Shown: piece after piece, positions 58,366 to 64,000 of the stretch | Layout: each line of letters starts with the position of its first letter | Numbering within the stretch: the first letter of the stretch is position 1 | Origin: Ostreococcus lucimarinus | Taxonomy: Eukaryota | Direction: 5' to 3' (one strand) | DNA: 64,000 bases | NCBI GenBank assembly: GCA_000092065.1 | Contig: CP000593.1 | The notes under the pieces: generated by a model | Told to the model about the DNA's origin: nothing | Databases searched by the model: none | What the model saw: the letters and a program-made list of their open reading frames with translations, nothing else | Position numbers and translations under genes: made by a program

Positions 58366-58950
58366 ATGTCGCGAGACGCGGTCGACGGCGTCGCGACGCC
58401 CGTGCGCTTCGCCTCGCTCACGGACGCCACCGAGCGCGACCTGCGCGCGCTCAACGCCGTCCTGTTCCCGGTGCGATACGGCGATGCGTTTTACGACGAT
58501 TGCAGACGCGCGGGGGGGTGCACGCAGCTCGCGTACGCGATGGACGAGCGCGGATCCGGATCCGCGACGACGACGACGATGACGCTCGCGGGCGCGATCG
58601 CGTGTCGGTTGGAGATGAACGCCGCGAGCGACGGGGCGAAGTTGTACATCATGACGCTCGGCGTCTACGCGGGACGGAGGGACGGGAAGATTGGGTCGAG
58701 GCTTTTGACGCACGCGCTGAATGTGGCGTCTCGAGACGCGTTCGTGAAGGAGGCGTACTTGCACGTGCAAACGAATAATTTTCAAGCGTTCGAGTTTTAC
58801 GAGCGGTTCGGGTTCGAAAAGGGCGAGGTGGTGAAGAATTATTACAAGCGCATCGAACCGCCAGACGCGGTGATTTTGAGACGCGATTTAGGGGCGAGTT
58901 GGACGGAACGAGAGTTGGAGGGGGTGACGTTCGATGAGGACGCGGCGTAG
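58366..58950 (+). CDS. N-alpha-acetyltransferase 50 (NAA50/NatE catalytic subunit, GNAT fold)
   Basis: LNAVLFPVRYGDAFYDD…LYIMTLGVYAGRRDGKIGSRLLTHAL…EAYLHVQTNNFQAFEFYERFGFEKGEVVKNYYKRIEPPDAVIL matches NAA50/SAN. ATG MSRDAV near 58366 within track ORF 58198..58950. Confidence 0.8.
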   Translation: MSRDAVDGVATPVRFASLTDATERDLRALNAVLFPVRYGDAFYDDCRRAGGCTQLAYAMDERGSGSATTTTMTLAGAIACRLEMNAASDGAKLYIMTLGVYAGRRDGKIGSRLLTHALNVASRDAFVKEAYLHVQTNNFQAFEFYERFGFEKGEVVKNYYKRIEPPDAVILRRDLGASWTERELEGVTFDEDAA

Positions 58951-59103
58951 CGTAGGGTAGCGTAGAGGTGAAGAGCGACGATGTTTGCGTTGATCGATCG
59001 ATGTGATTGTGATTGTGATTGATTTACATTTCGTTTGCGACGCTAAGCCATCGCGTATAAATATTTCGCAAAGAATTCGTCGCGCCGTCGAACCCGAAGT
59101 CAA

Positions 59104-61920
59104 TCACGAAGACGCTTCCCAATCGAGCGCTTGGCGATAGACTTCGTCGTACGTCGAGACAAAGTGTGCGTCCAAACCTTCACGAATGTCTTCGGAAAGC
59201 TCGTCGTAATCCTTCTTGTTTCCTTCGGGGAAAATGATGGTTTTCACCCCGCTTCGACGCGCGGCGATCGTCTTCTCCTTGACGCCGCCGATCGGTAACA
59301 CCCTACCGGTGAGCGTGAGCTCGCCCGTCATGGCTAAATTAGGCTTTACCGGTTTGTTCATGGCGAGCGATAACAGGCTCGTCGTGATCGTGATTCCCGC
59401 CGACGGTCCATCTTTCGGCGTCGCCCCGGCGGGGACGTGAACGTGAAGCGACGTGTCGGCGAGATACTTGTTGCCGGGATCCTTCAATTCCAAAAACCCT
59501 CGCGTGAACGTGTGCGCAATCGTGCTCGATTCCTTCATGACGTCGCCGAGTTGACCGGTCGTCTTTAACGCGCCCTTGCCGTCGCCGGAATCGATAGCCG
59601 TGCACTCGATGTAAAGCGTGGATCCGCCCATCGCCGTCCAAGCCAAGCCGGTGACGACTCCGGGCGGGGTGACGTCGTAGATTCGGTCGGTCGCGAACGG
59701 TGGTTGACCGACGTAATCGACCAAGTCATCGACATCGACGACGATAGAGTCGAGCTTTTCGTCCGCACTCTTCGCCCGAGCCACCTTGAGGGCAATCTTG
59801 CGATAGACCTTTTCGAGATGCTTTTGCAAGTTCCGCACGCCGGCTTCGCGGCAGTAGTCGCCGATGAGTTTCCCCATCGCCGCGTCGGTGATGCTCGCGT
59901 CGACGTCGGACAGCCCACTCTTTTCTCGCGCCGCTTTCTCCAAATACGTTCGAGCGATTTGCACTTTTTCGTCGGTGATGTATCCAGACAACCGCACGAC
60001 TTCCATGCGATCGAGCAAAGGCCCGGGAATCGTGTCGAGCACGTTGGCGGTGCACACGAATAAAACCTTGCTCAAGTCGACGGGGACGTCGAGGTAGTGA
60101 TCAAGAAACGTGCCGTTTTGCTCGGGATCGAGTAGTTCGAGCAGCGCGCTCGCGGGATCGCCCTGATAACCGCGTCCGAGCTTGTCGATTTCGTCAATCA
60201 AAACCACTGGATTGCACACACCCGTGGATTTCAAGCACTGAATCAGCTTGCCCGGCATCGCGCCAACGTACGTCCGTCGATGGCCCTTGATCTCCGCCAC
60301 GTCGCTCATACCGCCGACGGAAAAGCGATAGAATTTACGCCCGAGCGCCTTGGCGATCGATTGCCCGATGGATGTCTTCCCCACCCCAGGCGGACCGACC
60401 ATGGTGATGATTTTTCCTTGCGTCGTCCCCAAAAGTTGCCCGACGGCGATGAATTCCAAGATGCGATCTTTGACGTCCTCCAGGCCGTAATGATCGCTAT
60501 CTAACACTTCTTGTGCGTGAGATATGTCCAATTTTTCGTCGCCGCACACGCCCCACGGCAGTGACGTGAGCCACTCGAGATAGTTGCGAGTGACGTTGAA
60601 TTCGCTCGACGACGGTTCGAGGCCGCCGAGCTTTTGAAGCTCTTCATCGATAACCTTGGCGGTGTCTTCCGGCACGCTCGCGCGCTTGGGCTCGAAACGT
60701 TTCGTAAACTTTTCGATGAGCGCGGTTTTGTCGTCACGCTCCATACCGAGCTCTTTCTTGATCGATTTCAACTGCTCCATCAAAAAGTAACGCCTCTGGT
60801 CGCCTGAAATTTTCTCCTCAACTTTTTTCCCGATGTCGGCTTGGAGCTTGCCGATTTCCACCTCCTTCTTCAACAACTCGAGCGTCGCGTCGAGGCGTTC
60901 TTTCACCGATAATAGCTCCAACACGTGTTGCAACTGCGCGTCGTCGGCACTGCACATCGACGCCCCCAAATCCGCGAGCTTTGGCGGATCTTGAAAGTCG
61001 TTGAAATTTTGAGCGAAATACTGCAGGGTCTCCTTGTGCAAAGGATTCGTCTTGAGCAAATCTTTGATCGTCGCCACCACCTCATTCGTCGTGGCTTTAA
61101 TGATGTCATCGTTGGCGTCGAATTTCTCATCCTTGAGGTGTTCCACCTTGACCACCATCGGATCCCGCTTCATCGTCCCGAGCTTTCGCAAACGCCGGTG
61201 GCCGAGGAGCAACAGCGTCGCCGATTCTTCACCCGTGGTCGAATCCGTCGGCAGGCGCACGATGTTATGCACCTGCGCAAACGTACCTATGTCGTGCATG
61301 TGATCCGCGGGATCAACCTCGTCTTCGTCTACCATTTCCTCGCCGTCTAAACCCACCGACGTCGTCGTGCGCTTCATCGCCGAGAGCGCGTCGAAGACGT
61401 CTTCGCCCTCCCCCTTGGACGCCGACGACGCGGCGTCCGTTCGCTGCAAGAACGCCCCCACGTACGCTTGACCACGATTTCGCATGTCCTCAAGCTCGGC
61501 TATGAGCTTTTCGTCCGTCACTTTGACCGGCATGATGATCCCCGGCATGAGCGGCCGCCTCGGCAAAGGCACCGCGAGCACTTGCGGGTGCGAACTCGGG
61601 TGCGACGCGCTCACCATGATCCCCCCCGACGACGCCGAATCACCGAACGCGCTCGACGACGACGACGACGACGATCCCGTCGATCCCGTCGACCCATCGC
61701 CGTCGACGCTCGACACGAACGCATTCCTCGTCCGTCTCGTCCTCGTCCCGAACGCGTCCGCGTCGCCCCTCCCCGCCCCGAGCGCGTCCAACAGCGCCCT
61801 CGGCGCGGACGTCGTTCGCGCTCTCGCCCCTCGCACCGCGCGCGCGACGTGTGCGCCTTTACATCGCGCCGCGTGTCGTTCGAGTCTCCGCGCGATCGCT
61901 CGCGTCGCGTACATGTTCAC
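59104..61920 (-). CDS. Lon protease, mitochondrial type (LONP1-like), with presequence
   Basis: Lon N-domain, AAA+ module ([51 protein letters not shown]) and protease domain with catalytic [21 protein letters not shown]-rich N-terminus. No C-terminal SKL. Confidence 0.95.
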   Translation of the reverse strand: MNMYATRAIARRLERHAARCKGAHVARAVRGARARTTSAPRALLDALGAGRGDADAFGTRTRRTRNAFVSSVDGDGSTGSTGSSSSSSSSAFGDSASSGGIMVSASHPSSHPQVLAVPLPRRPLMPGIIMPVKVTDEKLIAELEDMRNRGQAYVGAFLQRTDAASSASKGEGEDVFDALSAMKRTTTSVGLDGEEMVDEDEVDPADHMHDIGTFAQVHNIVRLPTDSTTGEESATLLLLGHRRLRKLGTMKRDPMVVKVEHLKDEKFDANDDIIKATTNEVVATIKDLLKTNPLHKETLQYFAQNFNDFQDPPKLADLGASMCSADDAQLQHVLELLSVKERLDATLELLKKEVEIGKLQADIGKKVEEKISGDQRRYFLMEQLKSIKKELGMERDDKTALIEKFTKRFEPKRASVPEDTAKVIDEELQKLGGLEPSSSEFNVTRNYLEWLTSLPWGVCGDEKLDISHAQEVLDSDHYGLEDVKDRILEFIAVGQLLGTTQGKIITMVGPPGVGKTSIGQSIAKALGRKFYRFSVGGMSDVAEIKGHRRTYVGAMPGKLIQCLKSTGVCNPVVLIDEIDKLGRGYQGDPASALLELLDPEQNGTFLDHYLDVPVDLSKVLFVCTANVLDTIPGPLLDRMEVVRLSGYITDEKVQIARTYLEKAAREKSGLSDVDASITDAAMGKLIGDYCREAGVRNLQKHLEKVYRKIALKVARAKSADEKLDSIVVDVDDLVDYVGQPPFATDRIYDVTPPGVVTGLAWTAMGGSTLYIECTAIDSGDGKGALKTTGQLGDVMKESSTIAHTFTRGFLELKDPGNKYLADTSLHVHVPAGATPKDGPSAGITITTSLLSLAMNKPVKPNLAMTGELTLTGRVLPIGGVKEKTIAARRSGVKTIIFPEGNKKDYDELSEDIREGLDAHFVSTYDEVYRQALDWEASS

Positions 61921-62216
61921 GACGAACGCGACGAATGCGATGACGAATGCGATGCGATGCGACGCGATGCGACGCGACGCGCTCGGTCGCGATGTATCGC
62001 GCGCCGCTCGCGATTCGCGTTCGGCGCGCCGAGATCGCGGTCCGATCGATTCCCGTCGCGCGCGCTCGTCGCGTGCGCGCGTCGACGCGCGACACCGAGT
62101 GACGACGCGGCCGCGCCGATCGACGTCGTCGGTCGGTGACGCGCGTCGACGCGGACGTTCGCACTCGCGCGCGCGTCACCGACCGACCGACGCGACGCGC
62201 GCGCGCGGCGGCGTCA

Positions 62217-62378
62217 TGACGACGCCCGCGCGCGCGCGTCGCGAGCGCGCGTCGACGCCGCGCCTGGACGTCCTGCGCGTGTCCCAAGTCGACGCCGGTC
62301 GTTTGGACGGCGAACTCGCGAACGTCCTGAATGCACAGCTCGAACGCGTGATGGAGGCGACGTCGGCGTGCGGAAGAG

Positions 62379-62411
<33 letters not shown>

Positions 62412-63262
62412 CGAGCAAGGCGAACGAGATGCGGCTGCTGTTAGATTGCGCGATGTTCGCGTGCACGACGGGGGTGAACAGACCGACGCCGGGAATGGAG
62501 CTCATGAATTTGCGCCTGAGAGACGAGCGCGGCGACCATGGCGCGGCGACGACGACGATGAAGACCGGAGTCGAGGGACCGGGGCTGTCCATCGCGCAAC
62601 GAATCGCGTATGGACTCGCGACGTGCGTCGTCGGCTACGGGTGGGGATTGTGGCAAAGGAAGATGTTGCGCGAGCGATACGACGAAGACGACGAAGACGA
62701 CGAGGGCGGCGGCGGTTGGAAGTATCGGGCGTGGAAGCTGTCGCAAACGGTCGAAAATTGCTACACGATGGCGAATTTCGTCAACTTTTGCGTGTTTCTA
62801 CGCAACGGTCGTTACCCAACGCTCTTGGAGCGCGCGCTGCGCGCGCGATTAGTGTATCAGCGACCGACGATGGCTCGCGTCGTCGATTTCGAGTACTTGA
62901 ACCAACAGTTGGCGTGGCGAGAGCTTTCCGAGCTCGTGCTCTTCACGCTCCCATATTTGTACTCGACGCGCGTGCGGTCGACGCTCGGTGCGCTGACATC
63001 ACGCGTGGGTAGAGGTGAAGCCTCGCCGCCGACGAACGTCGCGGACGCGCCGCAAAGGAACAGAGTCGCCGTGCAGGCGTACCGGTGCGTCGCGTGTGGG
63101 TGCCGAGAGCCGATTCATCCGTTCGTCGCCGAGCCGTGCGGTCATCCGTACTGTTATTACTGTCTTCGCGCTCGATTGGTCGAGCAACCGACTAGTTGTG
63201 CGTGCGTCAAGTGCGGTAAACGCGTCGCGGAGATGCGGCGGCTCGCGACGACGACGTCCTAG
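62217..63262 (+). CDS. PEX2: peroxin-2 (PEX2) RING-finger peroxisome biogenesis factor
   Basis: Pex2/Pex12 N-terminal domain (…LDVLRVSQVDAGRLDGELANVLNAQLERV…). C-terminal RING CVACGCREPIHPFVAEPCGHPYCYYCLRARLVEQPTSCACVKCGKRV resembles plant PEX2 CPIC…PCQHRYCYYCIRTRC…RCLRC. The 5-prime 730 nt of track ORF 61484..63262 is antisense to Lon and is rejected. Confidence 0.8.
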
Positions 63263-63850
63263 CAAGTTTTAGAAATACAGTAGTGCGTGAAAATGAACGA
63301 TCGCTCGCTAGAATTTTAGGTTTAGGGGATATCGTCGCGTAAATTTCGTCCCTAAACCGTCGGGTAATAATTCTCGTCGCGGCGCGGTGGCGGGGACGGA
63401 CGCGTTGGAGGCACCGTGTACACGCACGTCGGAGGCGTCTCGAGATGGCAACGAAGAAATTTGTGTGAGAAGGCTTGCGGCATAAATGATCATTCGCAGG
63501 CTTTCCACCCAAATCGACTGTGTGTCACGCAAGATGAGTGCTTGGGGTTCCATTATTTTCACAGAGGACAAACTACGACTGGTCGTTTGTCGCCCAACAC
63601 GAACACTGAAGACGGAACTTTGACGCAAGAGTCCGGCGACGTCCGGCGCGTCGAGGGGGAAGTCTGCGGTGCCGTGCTGGACGATGAGTGATGGCCGTAG
63701 GGTGTCGTGAAGGTGCACAGGAAGGATGCGAATGCTAGTGACTTTTCGGGTTTAGTACGACCCAGAGAACCTAGGGTTAGGTGTAATAAATGACTTAGCT
63801 AGTCGGTCGGTTACGGCACTTCTCCCGAAGCGCCTCCCTCCCTCATGCGT

Positions 63851-64000
63851 AGGGTTTAGGGTTTGGGTTTAGGGTTTAGGGTTTAGGGTTTAGGGTTTAG
63901 GGTTTAGGGTTTAGGGTTTAGGGTTTAGGGTTTAGGGTTTAGGGTTTAGGGTTTAGGGTTTAGGGTTTAGGGTTTAGGGTTTAGGGTTTAGGGTTTAGGG
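63851..64000 (+). repeat. telomere: (TTTAGGG)n plant-type repeats, at least 21 units, G-rich strand 5-prime to 3-prime toward the window end
   Basis: Read directly: agggtttagggtttgggtttagggtttaggg…, with one variant unit TTTGGG. The sequence runs to the end of the window. Confidence 0.95.

Noticed and set aside
61484-62216. 5-prime 730 nt of track ORF 61484..63262 preceding PEX2
   Set aside because: It is antisense to the Lon protease N-terminus. PEX2 homology starts at the ATG near 62217.
1-64000. CRISPR arrays, rRNA genes, transposons/introner elements
   Set aside because: No direct-repeat/spacer arrays, no rRNA-like conserved blocks, and no transposase, RT or integrase ORFs were found. 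The repeats present are short microsatellites and the terminal telomere only.

Overview
This is GC-rich (about 68%) nuclear DNA from a eukaryote with a compact genome. The window ends in plant-type telomeric repeats (TTTAGGG)n from about 63851 to 64000, so it is the terminal ~64 kb of a chromosome. Single-exon genes, extreme GC3 codon bias, alternating head-to-head and tail-to-tail gene pairs and very short intergenic spacers point to a picoplanktonic green alga (Mamiellophyceae, Micromonas/Ostreococcus-like); this is inferred from composition and gene architecture only. I can support about 35 protein-coding genes, almost all intron-free. They include ABCE1, importin-4, a BAR-PH-ArfGAP-ANK protein, SCYL1, mitochondrial HslU, NADP-isocitrate dehydrogenase, a 10.7-kb single-ORF HUWE1/UPL-type HECT ligase, CCT-gamma (with one clear intron), TypA/BipA, the Rieske Fe-S protein (probably with one intron), Lon protease, PEX2, eIF3h, LSM12, NAA50 and SPCS1. 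They also include an ABCD-like ABC half-transporter, a PPR protein, and the chromatin proteins CDCA7-like zf-4CXXC_R1, ARID-PHD and AWS-SET-postSET. Plastid-type genes are an LSF2/SEX4-like phosphoglucan phosphatase and a two-helix LHC-like protein. I recognised no rRNA, tRNA, CRISPR array or transposon. The many long Arg/Ala/Ser-rich overlapping ORFs in the six-frame track are composition artefacts lying antisense or out of frame to real genes. The non-genic signals worth a second look are: tetranucleotide microsatellites in two bidirectional promoters, one of which forms a chain of minimal uORFs ending at a start codon; (ACG)n repeats that always encode poly-Thr in N-terminal presequences; an AT-rich perfect palindrome upstream of the CDCA7-like gene; and an inverted pair of telomere-like motifs in the subtelomere. 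Coordinates I derived myself, rather than took from the ORF track, are approximate to +/-2 nt. I found no single dramatic novel system and do not want to overstate one; the most unusual proteins are a YqaJ-type exonuclease and a SUI1-like+UIM+CUE-like protein.
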